A stretch of 63,460 nucleotides of DNA, counting the filler, from Stramenopiles sp. TOSAG23-2 (taxonomy: Eukaryota), in assembly GCA_900128395.1 (NCBI GenBank). It is 22 parts of 22 records of this genome, joined end to end, with 100 filler letters (N's around TTAATTAATTAA, not from the genome) between each part and the next. Parts side by side here need not be neighbours in the genome. Positions count along the whole stretch, not along the records: positions 9,247 to 12,226 come from LT651430.1; positions 12,327 to 15,305 come from LT651431.1; positions 15,406 to 18,383 come from LT651432.1; positions 18,484 to 21,461 come from LT651433.1; 18 more parts are not named here. One strand, given 5' to 3'. Both the position numbers and the translations under genes were made by a program. Positions 9,902-21,561 of the stretch are shown here, piece after piece (position 1 is the stretch's first letter; the number at the start of each line of letters is the position of its first letter). Under the pieces are notes generated by a model. That model was not told where the DNA came from. It worked only from the letters and a program-made list of their open reading frames with translations, and ran no database searches.

Positions 9902-12052
9902 CTATGTTTGCCATTGCGCAACTTTTTTTCCTTTCATAACTAAACCTTCATCTTTTGAATTATCTTCATAACGCATTTTTGCATTCCCACCTAAAGCATC
10001 AGCTTTAGATCCAAATTGCCCACCAAAACCATGTTCTGCTAGTTTGAGCTCAACCTTTTCGCCTGTAAGAGCTGCTCTTCTCCTGATCAATTCTTCTAAC
10101 CTGTCTCTTTCTTTTTCTGCCCCAACAACTTTTCCAACTCGCACAACTTCACCACCAACTTTTGCTTGTAATGTTGCTTCATAAGTACCTTCTTCGACTA
10201 AATTATCCTTACGTATAATTTCTTCTGTCTCCCATCTTTCCTTTTTTACAATAACTTCCTCTAAAACTTTGATTTCATCATCGATAGCACGTATAATATG
10301 CAATATTCCAGATACATTTTGAGTTGTTTGATTTTCAATTTTGCTACATTTTTCACCAAATCGTAATGCCTGCATGGTTTCTTCAGCATTGATGCTCTCC
10401 ATAGATGCACATACTACAACAGTCGATTTAGAATCACCGCCAAGAGCTGGAGATAACAACATCGTTAACTTGCTATCTTGATATGGTACATATGAACCAT
10501 TGCCATCATTGACAGCTTTTACACATTTTTTTAATGCCAATAGACCTAAATTAATATTTACAGCTTCTTTCATATGTTGTGCCATAACGAAACCACCGTC
10601 AAATCCTTTCTCTCCATGGTGCACTTTACTTCGTTTGACTTGTTCAGAGCCACCTAAATCAGCTAAAAATAATTGAGAACGCACCGTAACATTTGATTTT
10701 TCATCTTCCATATCTAAATTCAAAATAAACAGAGCATGTGCACGACTACTACGTTCATTCATAGCCGTTGCAGCACGCCTTTTTTGCTCATCGCCAGCAT
10801 CCAATAATTTATAAACTTCACTCAATGTTGATATAGGAACCGCACACTTTTTATCCAATACATATTTTTGTGCTGAAACTTTATTGTGCCCAACACGTTT
10901 CCCTTCACGCAATAAATCCGATACTTCACCACCATAAACTTCCACATAAGAGCAACTTAATTTAGTTGTAATTCCTTTCTTTTGTCTTTGGCCAACAGCA
11001 GCGAAAACTTCTTCGCATGCCCTTGGTACAATCCCATTGGTTTTTTTATTACTGCCGCCTTCAATGGATTGACCAGGTGGTCCAAACATGGTCCAAGTTT
11101 TACCACTGCCTGTTTGACCATACATTATAATAGTAGCATTGAAACCATTTAAGAAATCCATCACCAATTTTCGACCTACTGTTTCATAAACAACAGATTG
11201 AGAGCAACGTCCTGGTAATACATGATCAAATGTAAAAGGGCGCATGCCGATTTTCGGTACTAACATCACGACAGATCCCATACCAGGATCTACAGTATGA
11301 ACTGAAGCACTTAATTGATGCTCATTGTTTTCTTTGTTATCATCCGAGCTTTTTTTCTTTTTCCATTTTGCTTGTAATCCTGGCCTCCAACCGCCTTCAT
11401 CATACAATATTCTCAAGGCTTTGTTACTATCAACATTTTCACGTATTTTAATTAATTGTAGGCGTTGATGCAATGGCAAAACAAACATAGCATCTTGTCG
11501 CTCTTCCTCTTCCTCACCATCATCACTCCCATTGCTATTTTCTTTATCATCGTCATTTCCAAATTTTTTACCATCTGCTTTTTTCTTTTTTGGGCGAAAT
11601 CGCACAGCTACTTGGATGTTATTATCATCCTCAAAGTCAGGTGCAATAATTGTTGATCCTTCTGTATCAGTATTGTTTGTCTCGCCATTTGTTCTTCCTT
11701 CAACATTTCCATCCCTTTCAACCTGCTCCTCCAGCAAATCTATTTGAATACTTTCCAGTTCATTTTGTTGTTCCAACGATAATTCTGTTGGTTTCCACAT
11801 GTTCTTATGCTTCCACATTCTAGCAAATATATTTTTCCATGATTCAGCAGCAGGCAGTCTTGGGGCAATATATAAACAATTTTCATCTGCTAGACACCGG
11901 CATAAAAAATGCCAGTGCGCGGGTTGTTTCGTTAAATATTTCCAACGTTTCGACAATGTTGCAAGTACTTTTATACGATATTTATATGGCATATATGAAA
12001 TGATCGTATATGCAACCGCTTCTTCTTGCGTATGTGAATTTGAATTTCCCAT
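9902..12052 (-). CDS. Kinesin motor protein with an N-terminal F-box-like segment
   Basis: Kinesin motifs IQVAVRFRP, YGQTGSGKT, NERSSRAH, DLGGSE and VPYQDSKLT. N-terminal IISYMP...LATLSKRWKYL...WHFLC resembles an F-box. ATG 12052 gives MGNSNS, a myristoylation consensus. Confidence 0.88.
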   Translation of the reverse strand: MGNSNSHTQEEAVAYTIISYMPYKYRIKVLATLSKRWKYLTKQPAHWHFLCRCLADENCLYIAPRLPAAESWKNIFARMWKHKNMWKPTELSLEQQNELESIQIDLLEEQVERDGNVEGRTNGETNNTDTEGSTIIAPDFEDDNNIQVAVRFRPKKKKADGKKFGNDDDKENSNGSDDGEEEEERQDAMFVLPLHQRLQLIKIRENVDSNKALRILYDEGGWRPGLQAKWKKKKSSDDNKENNEHQLSASVHTVDPGMGSVVMLVPKIGMRPFTFDHVLPGRCSQSVVYETVGRKLVMDFLNGFNATIIMYGQTGSGKTWTMFGPPGQSIEGGSNKKTNGIVPRACEEVFAAVGQRQKKGITTKLSCSYVEVYGGEVSDLLREGKRVGHNKVSAQKYVLDKKCAVPISTLSEVYKLLDAGDEQKRRAATAMNERSSRAHALFILNLDMEDEKSNVTVRSQLFLADLGGSEQVKRSKVHHGEKGFDGGFVMAQHMKEAVNINLGLLALKKCVKAVNDGNGSYVPYQDSKLTMLLSPALGGDSKSTVVVCASMESINAEETMQALRFGEKCSKIENQTTQNVSGILHIIRAIDDEIKVLEEVIVKKERWETEEIIRKDNLVEEGTYEATLQAKVGGEVVRVGKVVGAEKERDRLEELIRRRAALTGEKVELKLAEHGFGGQFGSKADALGGNAKMRYEDNSKDEGLVMKGKKVAQWQT

Positions 12053-12376
12053 GGTTGCCAATATTAATAGATTACTATATATATATGTAGAATATTATAT
12101 AATTTCTCTGTTTGTTGTTGTAAAATTTGAAAACTACTATATATAATGTTATAATGATTGTCTATATCTAAATATAATATCTATTTTTTTCGTGCAGTAT
12201 AATAAGAGGGGTAACGTTTTTTATATNNNNNNNNNNNNNNNNNNNNNNNNNNNNNNNNNNNNNNNNNNNNTTAATTAATTAANNNNNNNNNNNNNNNNNN
12301 NNNNNNNNNNNNNNNNNNNNNNNNNNAAGTTCAATGGAAAGAAAAGACACGAAATATAGCAGGCAGGGAAGATGGT

Positions 12377-13801
12377 ATGGAAATATGGAAAAGTGATGCA
12401 GATCATTCAATCAATGCAGTATATGCTAATCATGATTGTGTATTTCTAGGTTTAGGATCTGGTAAAATTGTTGTCCTATCACCAGATGGTGAATTACGAT
12501 TAACAATTTTAGGACATACTGGTTATATATCTGCATTGACGGGATTTGGCCAATTATTATTTAGTGGTTCGTTGGATGGAACTGTACGATTGTGGATATA
12601 TCATAAAGGGGAACAAATGGCGATGAGTGCGGGGCACATTGGCCCTGTACATTGTCTACATTATCAACAAAAAACGAAAACATTATTTTCTGGATCATCC
12701 GATCGTACTATTCGTAAATGGTTTTTAACAGAAGGTAAAAGTGAAATATTAGTTCGATTTGAACAAGGTGAAGGAGTTTTCGCCATTGATGAAGGTTTGC
12801 GAAATATATTAGTAGTAGGTTTAGAAAATGGTGTTGTTTCCTTTGTTGATATAGAAAGTGGTACTGCAACACGGGCATTGGAAGGGCATACAGATATAGT
12901 GGCATCTGTGAATGTACACAGAGAAACTAAAACAGTAGCAAGTGGCAGTCGCGATGGAACATGTCGAATATGGTTTGCAGGTAGAACGTCCATAGTATAT
13001 ACTAAACATAAAGAAGCTGTATATAAAGTTAAATTAGTACAAAATGGGCAACAATGCATTAGTTGCAGTGGCGATCAATCCATTCATCGTTGGAATGTAG
13101 TTGATGGCACATGCGTGTCGATTTATTTAGGAATACATGCAGGGACAATATTTTCCTTTGATTTTTGTCATGGAAATATGTACTCTGGTGATCGCCAGTG
13201 TAAATTATTAAAATGGCATGCTGCTGTTCAATGTGAATTTTGTGAGCCAAAATGTAATATTGGTTGCAAATATAGAATGGTCACTTGTCCACATAAACTA
13301 TGCGATTTAGAAATAAGTGAAAATGAGTTGAATAATCATATTAAAGAATGTCCAAAACGTCTTGTAAAATGTAGAAACAAAGAATGCAAATACAATGTAC
13401 GTGCTGATGCAATGAGTTTACATGTGAAAAAGAATTGCATATATACGTATATAGATTGTCCAAATATAAAAACATGTGGCCAAAGGATCCAACGCAAAGA
13501 TTTAAGTAATCATTTATCTTATTGCAATGAACATAATATGAAAAAAAAAGCTGTTGTTGAGAAGCAGGAGGATATAACGCAGACGACAATCGATACAACT
13601 GTAGTAGAAATAGATAATAATAATCATACAAAAGAATCGACTGATTATATTGTAAAAAATGTAAAACAAATCAAAAAAATTAAAAAGTCAACGATTCGCA
13701 ATAAAAATAGTAGATTGCCATTATTATCTAAACCAAAGAAGAGAGTGGTTTTACCGAAGAAACAAAAGGATTTGCCACGAGTATGGAGACCGGGGAAATG
13801 A
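12377..13801 (+). CDS. WD40-repeat protein with C-terminal TRAF-type zinc fingers (possibly 5'-truncated)
   Basis: GH...SGSxDxTxRxW repeats, then CPHKLC...HIKEC, CRNKEC...HVKKNC and CPNIKTC...HLSYC. Frame is open upstream to 12329. Confidence 0.85.
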   Translation: MEIWKSDADHSINAVYANHDCVFLGLGSGKIVVLSPDGELRLTILGHTGYISALTGFGQLLFSGSLDGTVRLWIYHKGEQMAMSAGHIGPVHCLHYQQKTKTLFSGSSDRTIRKWFLTEGKSEILVRFEQGEGVFAIDEGLRNILVVGLENGVVSFVDIESGTATRALEGHTDIVASVNVHRETKTVASGSRDGTCRIWFAGRTSIVYTKHKEAVYKVKLVQNGQQCISCSGDQSIHRWNVVDGTCVSIYLGIHAGTIFSFDFCHGNMYSGDRQCKLLKWHAAVQCEFCEPKCNIGCKYRMVTCPHKLCDLEISENELNNHIKECPKRLVKCRNKECKYNVRADAMSLHVKKNCIYTYIDCPNIKTCGQRIQRKDLSNHLSYCNEHNMKKKAVVEKQEDITQTTIDTTVVEIDNNNHTKESTDYIVKNVKQIKKIKKSTIRNKNSRLPLLSKPKKRVVLPKKQKDLPRVWRPGK

Positions 13802-13990
13802 CGACATGAAGGTATCATGGAGAGTATATTTTGTGATGTAGAGAGAGGTTTTGAAATATGATACTTCGTACAGTATACGAACGTACGTTCGTACATATTT
13901 CAAGAAAATGACGACATGACGGTATCATGGAGAGTATTTGTCTGGTGAGGTAGTAGAGATAGGTTTTGAAATATTATATACTTTCGTACA
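13794..13990. repeat. Diverged tandem duplication (about 110-bp period) spanning the WD40-TRAF stop codon
   Basis: AAATGACGACATGA.GGTATCATGGAGAGTAT...GGTTTTGAAATAT occurs twice, with substitutions and indels. Confidence 0.75.
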
Positions 13991-14213
13991 TTATTATTTA
14001 TTAATATCAAAAATATGAACATTCGTATTCTTTCTATTTCGTACGAAACGTACAAAGTATAATATTTTTGAACTTTCTACACACAAAGAGACATGGTAAT
14101 CATTTCTAAGACTGTTTTACGTGTGTACACAATTTTAAAGACACATATATGAGATGTAAATATTCCACGAGATCGCGTAAATGTTGTTTTTAATTTTTTT
14201 ATTCAAATATTTT

Positions 14214-14828
14214 TCAGTTGAGTTGGACAATTTCCGGTCCATTATTCTTGTTGTTTTTATTAAAATTATTATTATGCATATTGTTGTTATTTATTTCTTC
14301 TTGCTCCATGGCATTTGCAAATTCATTCAACATACCACCAATGAAGCTAGCAACACCAACTGTAGTTTCTGCTAACATATTAATATCATTAGGAATTGTT
14401 TTATTTACTAATTTTTGACATAGTTCATTTGAAAAATTATTACAGTTTTTTGTTAATCCATCATAGTCTTTTCCTAACCAAGATCTTTTTAACTCCTTTA
14501 TTATATTGTTAATTTCTGACTTAGACTTGACAAATATTCCCATATTTATGGACTTACGAAAGGTACTAGTAGTATTTTCAAATGGTGGAGTAGCTTGTGG
14601 TATTTGTTTCCAGACGCCGTTACTACCATACGCATATTCTACACCAACAGAAGCAGGAACAAATTCACCATTACTTTGTTTTTTCATTGGAATAATGGCA
14701 ATCCCAGTATGAAGAGCTCTCATACCTGTTAACTCACCAAATAATGAACCTAATGACCCTTCTTTTAATAAATTATAAACATTTAAATTGCATTGATAGG
14801 CACGCGGTTTGGTCGCTCCAGATCCCAT
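14214..14828 (-). CDS. PPPDE/DeSI family peptidase (deubiquitinase/desumoylase-like)
   Basis: LNVYNL, catalytic His in HTGI, EYAYG, catalytic Cys in YDGLTKNCNNFS. Confidence 0.9.
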   Translation of the reverse strand: MGSGATKPRAYQCNLNVYNLLKEGSLGSLFGELTGMRALHTGIAIIPMKKQSNGEFVPASVGVEYAYGSNGVWKQIPQATPPFENTTSTFRKSINMGIFVKSKSEINNIIKELKRSWLGKDYDGLTKNCNNFSNELCQKLVNKTIPNDINMLAETTVGVASFIGGMLNEFANAMEQEEINNNNMHNNNFNKNNKNNGPEIVQLN

Positions 14829-15405
14829 CGTGCATATAGTACGTAGTCTATTCTCTCTCTATATATATCTAATATTCGTTTTAACGATGAATATATATAT
14901 ATTGTTAGTGAATTATTGAAATAATTATTGAATATGCATTACCTGGATTACATTTCTGTATTTTTTATTATTAATAAGGCTTCATTTTTTAGTAATTTTT
15001 TTATTAAGGAGACGACTATTGAGTATTTTTGTTGTCTCACATCGGCTCTAACTCGCTAAACAAATATTAGACTAACAAGTATATAATTAGAATATAATAA
15101 AAAAAAAACCACCGATGTGATGATGATGATGTCAAATGATGTTATAATATTAAAATAAAGTTGTTGTTCTTACAATAATTATAATAGCAACAATACTATA
15201 AATATAAATATATATAAAAAGCATTTTTCTTAGTTATTGTATTTTTTTAAAACATCATTAACTATTAATATACAAACTTTCAATCATATGAACAATAATA
15301 CAGCGNNNNNNNNNNNNNNNNNNNNNNNNNNNNNNNNNNNNNNNNNNNNTTAATTAATTAANNNNNNNNNNNNNNNNNNNNNNNNNNNNNNNNNNNNNNN
15401 NNNNN

Positions 15406-15883
15406 TTTTTTCGCCAACATCAGCCTCGTACCCTTCAATTGGGTCGTCGTTGAGCCGAATGACAATCGAGCTTGAATCTATAACCTTTCCCAGGTTGGAC
15501 CCTATTAGGGAGGGCCCCCTCCCCACGACTGTGCACTGTTCCCACTTTACCGTTTGCTTTTTCTTGTTTCGGAATTCGATTCCCCAATCAGGCATTTTTA
15601 TTTCCTCTGCAAAATTACTATCCTCATTTTGCAATTCTTTAAGCTCAGACATGCCAGCTTTTGTAGCTTCGGCGAAAGAATTACGTTTAAACCGCACTTC
15701 CTGGGTAGCAGAAGCAGTGTTTGTACTGTTTCTGTAACCGAAAGGACGGGGCATTATATATCCTTCCCTCCTATTAGTAGTTTTGATTTTATAGTCTTTG
15801 CATTCGCCATGATATATGGATGACAACAGCAAGAATAAACTCGCGAACAAGAGGAGCCACAACAAGAAGTTTACGTTTGTCAT
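15406..15883 (-). CDS. GT29 sialyltransferase-like protein, 3'-truncated
   Basis: N-terminal signal anchor; sialylmotif L-like CTVVGRGPSLIGSNLGKVIDSSSIVIRLNDDPIEGYEADVGEK. Confidence 0.85.
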
Positions 15884-16316
15884 AATCGCATATGTTTCTT
15901 ATGCAATAAGCTTTATTCTATGGTTATTTGGCCAGTTAGTGCAAGGGGCTAGGAGCCTATATAGCAGCAAAGAAAACAAATTTTAAAATTAATTATTTAT
16001 AAAGAAATGTAAAAAATTGCAAAGTGCCAAAGGAAAAAAAATATAAAAAACGACTTAGTCCCTGCTGTGTACAAGAAATAAAGTGTAATTATAATGCATT
16101 TTACCTTAAATTAGCACTGACAGCAGTGGTTATCTTCATTTTGACCCTTAGCTCAGCGCTACGCTACCGTAGGGACTCCATACTTATGAGGAGAGACGAT
16201 ATGTATTGGATAACAATAGTTTACTTTATAGTTACTATTTATAAACTAAGCTAAACTCGTACTCTATCTTCTACAATGCGATTAGCATTAAGATCGAGTA
16301 GATCATCAATAATTAT

Positions 16317-16623
16317 CTATTTTTGGATCCAAAAATGTTCTGACAATGTCTTCCATCTCTCGTATGGATGTACTCTACTACCAGAATTGGAACTACCAAA
16401 TAAAGAATCCATTATTGACGGGAATCTTGGTAGATCCAGACCAAAATTAAAATGGTTTAACTTTTTTCGTAAGAAATTTTTTCTTACAGTAAATATCAAA
16501 CCTTTTTGACTATTTCTTTTGACTATTAATGTCAAATCAATATCTTATTTTATATTAGTTTATTGCTGATACTTTTGTATTCGTACCTTTATAAGATTTA
16601 TCCCAATGCTTTTCTTTTGCCAT
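16317..16623 (-). CDS. Possible small two-exon hypothetical protein
   Basis: ATG 16623 (MAKEKHWDKSYK) plus a 43-nt GT...ACTAAT...AG intron (16586-16544) joins ORF 16317..16535 in frame. No family recognised. Confidence 0.3.
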
Positions 16624-16960
16624 AATTACATCACCGATGAGGTAAAATAGTGGTTTAACTAATAATTACTATAAGCGGATTTTTCGCGAGCTGACTACTT
16701 ATCGTTACTACTTTTGAATTCTGTTTGAATTTTGAATGTTGATTCTGTTTTGAAGGAGACGATTTTCACCACTCGTAGCAGTATTTTTGCATTCTTCTGC
16801 GGATGCGGGTCAGTGGCGGTTGAAAATAATTCTCCGCGGGTGGTGCCGTGAATTGCGTAATAGGGACACAGCAGTTTAAAAAATAAGTATATGTATTGTA
16901 GATTTTCGTAGCTCCTACCAGAGAGCTGCTCCAAATAGCAGCGACTTAGTAGCGGGTTAG

Positions 16961-17158
16961 ATAATGTTATACCTTTCCCAACTAATCCGCGAATTTATCC
17001 AACGTAAAATGGGAAGATGGTAAATGGTTTAGTAAGGTGAAAACAAGTTGATAAAAAAATTATTATGGTTTGATTGTCCTTAAATTGCAACCTTAAACTG
17101 GTCTTAGTTGGGAACGTTGGATAAATTCGCGGATTAGTTGGGAAAGTTTTAACATTAT
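16961..17158. mobile_element. MITE-like element, 198 bp, with 45-bp terminal inverted repeats
   Basis: 16961-17005 matches the reverse complement of 17114-17158 at 43/45 positions. Mid-contig; no clear target-site duplication. Confidence 0.55.
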
Positions 17159-18488
17159 ATACCTCCTATAATATGGCATTTGGCATATCGACAAGTGTGA
17201 ATAAAAATTTCCGCAAATAAGTATCCTTACAACACTTGATTAATGGGTACACAGCATTACAAACATACAGTAAACAGGAATATTTTTCATAAATATCGTT
17301 ATTTTCGTGTGATCCTAACCTCTTCTGTTGTTGAGAGCATGGATAATTTACCTATCTAATATGCCCCGTAGTCAAATCTCCCGCTTGAGTCCCTATATAT
17401 AAGTACTTGTACTTAATTTCCAAGTACATATGCTTATAGGAAGTGCCTGCAGAACTTAGAATACAGATAAATACATATGAAAAATACATTCGTACTTATT
17501 TATACCAACGTTGATATATATACCATTGACCAAAAAATAACATCATTATTACTGAAAATACTTTTTACAAATATACTCATTTCAACATCATAAAATGGAA
17601 GAAATCACTCACTAGATGCTTTAACTAACCGTCAACATACTTTAATAAAAGGATCAAACCATATTGTACATATTCGAACCTCCAAAAATAATACAAGAAG
17701 ATTATATTTTGTAATTAACACATTATTAGCAACGTTGACTAAAAATGGCTATATATGTGAATCAAACTAGTAAATAAAATGTACAAAATATTCACTTTTG
17801 TTCTTTTGTGTATGTTTTCGTGCATTTAAATTGAGAAACCGCGTTTGTATATACGTTATATACGCACGTTACCAATTATAACGATATCTAACAAATATTT
17901 ATTAATATATTTATCATACACTAATAATAATAAATAACAACATTTAAACAGTAAAACAACCAATAATATTGTTAAAATTCAAAAAATTAAAATTCGAATT
18001 ACCCATTTCTGAAAAACCACTTTCCGCAAACGTCCCCAAGGCAATGAAGGTATTTATGTAACGTATAGGTCAAATGATGATCTCAATCGAAGGTTAGGTT
18101 ATAAGGAAACGTAAGGAAATATCACTTCTAGTATGTGTGTCTATAAATTATCTAATTCAATTCTATTTAGTTGTTTTAATAATTTTAAAAGAAGTTCATG
18201 CTTGATTTCAATAGTTTATTTCTTTCGATCCAGTTGGTTTGCAATGCTATGTCCATTGTAACAACACCTCCCACCACTTTCCTACATAAATGACGAAAAT
18301 TACAAAAATAATTACTACAATAAGGCTTAAGTATATATTTTAATAGGCACTAGACTACCGTCACGAGCATCCCGATCTTACTCNNNNNNNNNNNNNNNNN
18401 NNNNNNNNNNNNNNNNNNNNNNNNNNNTTAATTAATTAANNNNNNNNNNNNNNNNNNNNNNNNNNNNNNNNNNNNNNNNNNNNATTTT

Positions 18489-19630
18489 TTAAAGACGATT
18501 AGCAACAGATCGAATACAAGGACTTGCATCAATTTGAAGTACTTTTTCACTGCAACCTTTTATGCTTTCCATCATACCAGATTCTGGACTAAAAAGTTTA
18601 CCAAATGTCTGATCAAACATTTCTTGATGTTCTCCAAGTTTTTGTTTAAGTGGTCCGGCTAAATTATCGAAATTTTTTAAATTTGCCGCATCTAATATTT
18701 TTGGAAGGGGATCCTCTCCTCCACCCCATATTGATGGAGGTGGTTTTACAAGTGCCCCTGCTACCATTGGTAATTTTCCTGCAATTTTTTTGCTAAATTC
18801 TGCTGCTGATTTTGCTGATCCTTTTAATAAATCTATTTTATCGCATATAATTGCATCACTGTATTTGGTAAATGGTGGTATTCCATCTGCTGAAGGAGGC
18901 TTAGGTACACAGCCTGCCGTGGCTTTCGTACCACCGCCTATTCTTTTCAAACGGAAGTTTTTCATTGAGTTTAATACTTTAGGTTGGTTATTTTTCAACA
19001 TGTGATGAGCTCGAAGATAGTTGTCTGATGTACACAGCCTGCCGTGGCTTTCGTACCACCGCCTATTCTTTTCAAACGGAAGTTTTTCATTGAGTTTAAT
19101 ACTTTAGGTTGGTTATTTTTCAACATGTGATGAGCTCGAAGATAGTTGTCTGATGGTTGGGGCTGTTCATTATTGACGGGTAATCGACCTTTAATTTGTA
19201 ATAACGATATTGATCTTTTCTCGTGTATTTTGTTTAATATTTTATTATGTACATTCTTTAAAATTGGCGAGTTTAAAAGTTTTGGTATTTTTTTATGTAC
19301 ATTTTTTAGACTCTGAGCAATTGCTTTTGCTAATATTTTTGCATTAATTTTTTTATTATATTCATTAATTCTTTTATTGTAGTTACCGCTTGGAACATTA
19401 TTGTTGCTGTTAATATTTTTAGAAGGAAGAATCAATCTACTTAAACATTTTTTCAATACTTTTGTACCAAATAGATGTTGTTGTATATACTGCTGAATGG
19501 TATGTTTTTTTAATAAAAGCAGTTGTTGTTGCTTAATTCTTTCACTATCAAAAGTATTAACAGAATTACAAAAATGTATACAACAAATAAACAATAAAAA
19601 TAGTAATGCTACCAATATATTGCTTCGCAT
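18489..19630 (-). CDS. Secreted hypothetical protein split by an exact 125-bp duplication
   Basis: Signal peptide MRSNILVALLFLLFICC. ORFs 18995..19666 and 18489..19001 share a duplicated block (about 18905-19154); removing one copy gives a single frame. Confidence 0.65.
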
Positions 19631-20001
19631 ATTGTATGTGGATATACTATTTAGTTGAAAGCACAATTAAAAAAATATTTTCTATTTAACAAAAAAAGCG
19701 ATTGTTACATGTTTTTATAATATATGTATTTGTCTATTTATAATTTCATTTTTTGGAAGTATTGTTATTACTATTAATATTATTATAATTGATAACACAA
19801 AAAAAAGTCTATTAAAAAAAGTCTAGCATGTAAACAGTATAGGTATAATATTGTGTAAAAAAACATAGAATTATTAAAAAATATACATATTTTTATCAAA
19901 TTATAAATTTTACTCCCCAACAATTTCATCTTTATATATATATATATACCTGTTTCTTTTTTTATAGAGAGATTGTATACATATAGTGTATTCATCTTCT
20001 A

Positions 20002-20766
20002 TTAATTAAAAAGAGCCGACATTTTCTTATCTACTTTATCCACTGTACCATCTTTTTTCAATTCTCCAGCAAGCAAGACTTCTCTACCTGATTTTTCTTT
20101 TCCAGTTTGACTTGGAACGTTTGTTGCTACTTTTGACATTTTCTTATCTACTTTATCCACTGTACCATCTTTTTTCAATTCTCCAGCAAGCAAGACTTCT
20201 CTACCTGATTTTTCTTTTCCAGTTTGACTTGGAACGTTTGTTGCTACTTTTGTATTTTTTCCTGCCAAACCAAATAACCTACATTTACAACCTAAACTAT
20301 ATGCCGCTGCAGTTGATGGTGCGCCTAGTCTTACGCATTGAATGCCGGTTGGGTTAATGTCCTTAGAGTGGCATGAATCAAGCAAATAAATTTCTCTACA
20401 GATGCTTGCCTCTTCTTTATCTTTATCCATATCAAGATAATGTTGCAAATGCCCGTTGGTTGGTTTACAACTTGCATTACTAAATTTTTTACTATTGCGG
20501 AAGAAACCAATAAGGTCTTCAATACATTTAAACGCATCGCATTGACCCTTTGCTGTTGATGGTGATGGAATGTGCTTTTTACTAACAAAATACTGGTTCG
20601 ACATCAATGTGTCACTAGGTGAACCATGAGCTGAAACTTGCTCTAGTGTTCCAGAGAAATCATTTGAGTGCGCAACGTTTGGCTCAGCACGTAATAAACT
20701 TCCATTGACATTATATAGTACAATAAATGCGATGATGCATATTATTGTATACGAACTTGACTTCAT
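20002..20766 (-). CDS. Secreted Cys-rich hypothetical protein with an exact 39-aa (117-bp) C-terminal duplication
   Basis: Signal peptide, Cys-rich core, and KVATNVPSQTG...DKKMS present twice. Confidence 0.65.
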   Translation of the reverse strand: MKSSSYTIICIIAFIVLYNVNGSLLRAEPNVAHSNDFSGTLEQVSAHGSPSDTLMSNQYFVSKKHIPSPSTAKGQCDAFKCIEDLIGFFRNSKKFSNASCKPTNGHLQHYLDMDKDKEEASICREIYLLDSCHSKDINPTGIQCVRLGAPSTAAAYSLGCKCRLFGLAGKNTKVATNVPSQTGKEKSGREVLLAGELKKDGTVDKVDKKMSKVATNVPSQTGKEKSGREVLLAGELKKDGTVDKVDKKMSALFN

Positions 20767-20880
20767 GTTATATATGTGATATATATATATATATATATAT
20801 ATATGCGTGTGTATATTTGTAATAATACTAATAATATATTACCATATTATTGTATACGAACTTGACTTCATGTTATATAT

Positions 20881-20914
<34 letters not shown>

Positions 20915-21561
20915 TGTGTATATTTGTAATAATACTAATAATATATTACAACGTAATTTGTTTCTGTATGAATATCCGCGACTATTTTCTTCTACAATTA
21001 CATTCACACACCAGTTAAACCATATTAATATATTATTTATTCATTTTTACATAAATTTCGCCCCCGTTTTTTTTTATTTTGTTTTGAGGAGCGCCTGTGA
21101 GCAACACTTTTTTGCAATGGTATGTCCTTCTAAATATATTTGAGGTCTAATATCCCGTTCAAGTATCAATTATTATTGACATTTTGATACAAATTTTCAA
21201 AGTATAAATTATTCATACCCTTTTGTGATAGGAAAACGGGGATTATGCGTGAACCACTAAAAATTGAAATTTCATCCCAAATATATGTATTATAACTGTA
21301 GAATTTATTATACATGTGTGTGTTTGTGTATATACAATATATATATATTTGGTATAAAGGTGTGTGTGATTATAGCTTTTATTAATCGCAATAATAATTT
21401 AATTTTAAAACGATGAAAAGTACCACATTATTACTACTGATTGTTGTATTGCTAGTTGCAANNNNNNNNNNNNNNNNNNNNNNNNNNNNNNNNNNNNNNN
21501 NNNNNTTAATTAATTAANNNNNNNNNNNNNNNNNNNNNNNNNNNNNNNNNNNNNNNNNNNN

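Noticed and set aside
18905..19154. Programmed frameshift or gene pair
   Set aside because: An exact 125-bp tandem duplication breaks the frame, which is typical of assembly or amplification error.
20740..20950. Duplicated start/promoter region
   Set aside because: A near-exact copy of about 105 bp around a (TA)n tract, likely an assembly artefact.
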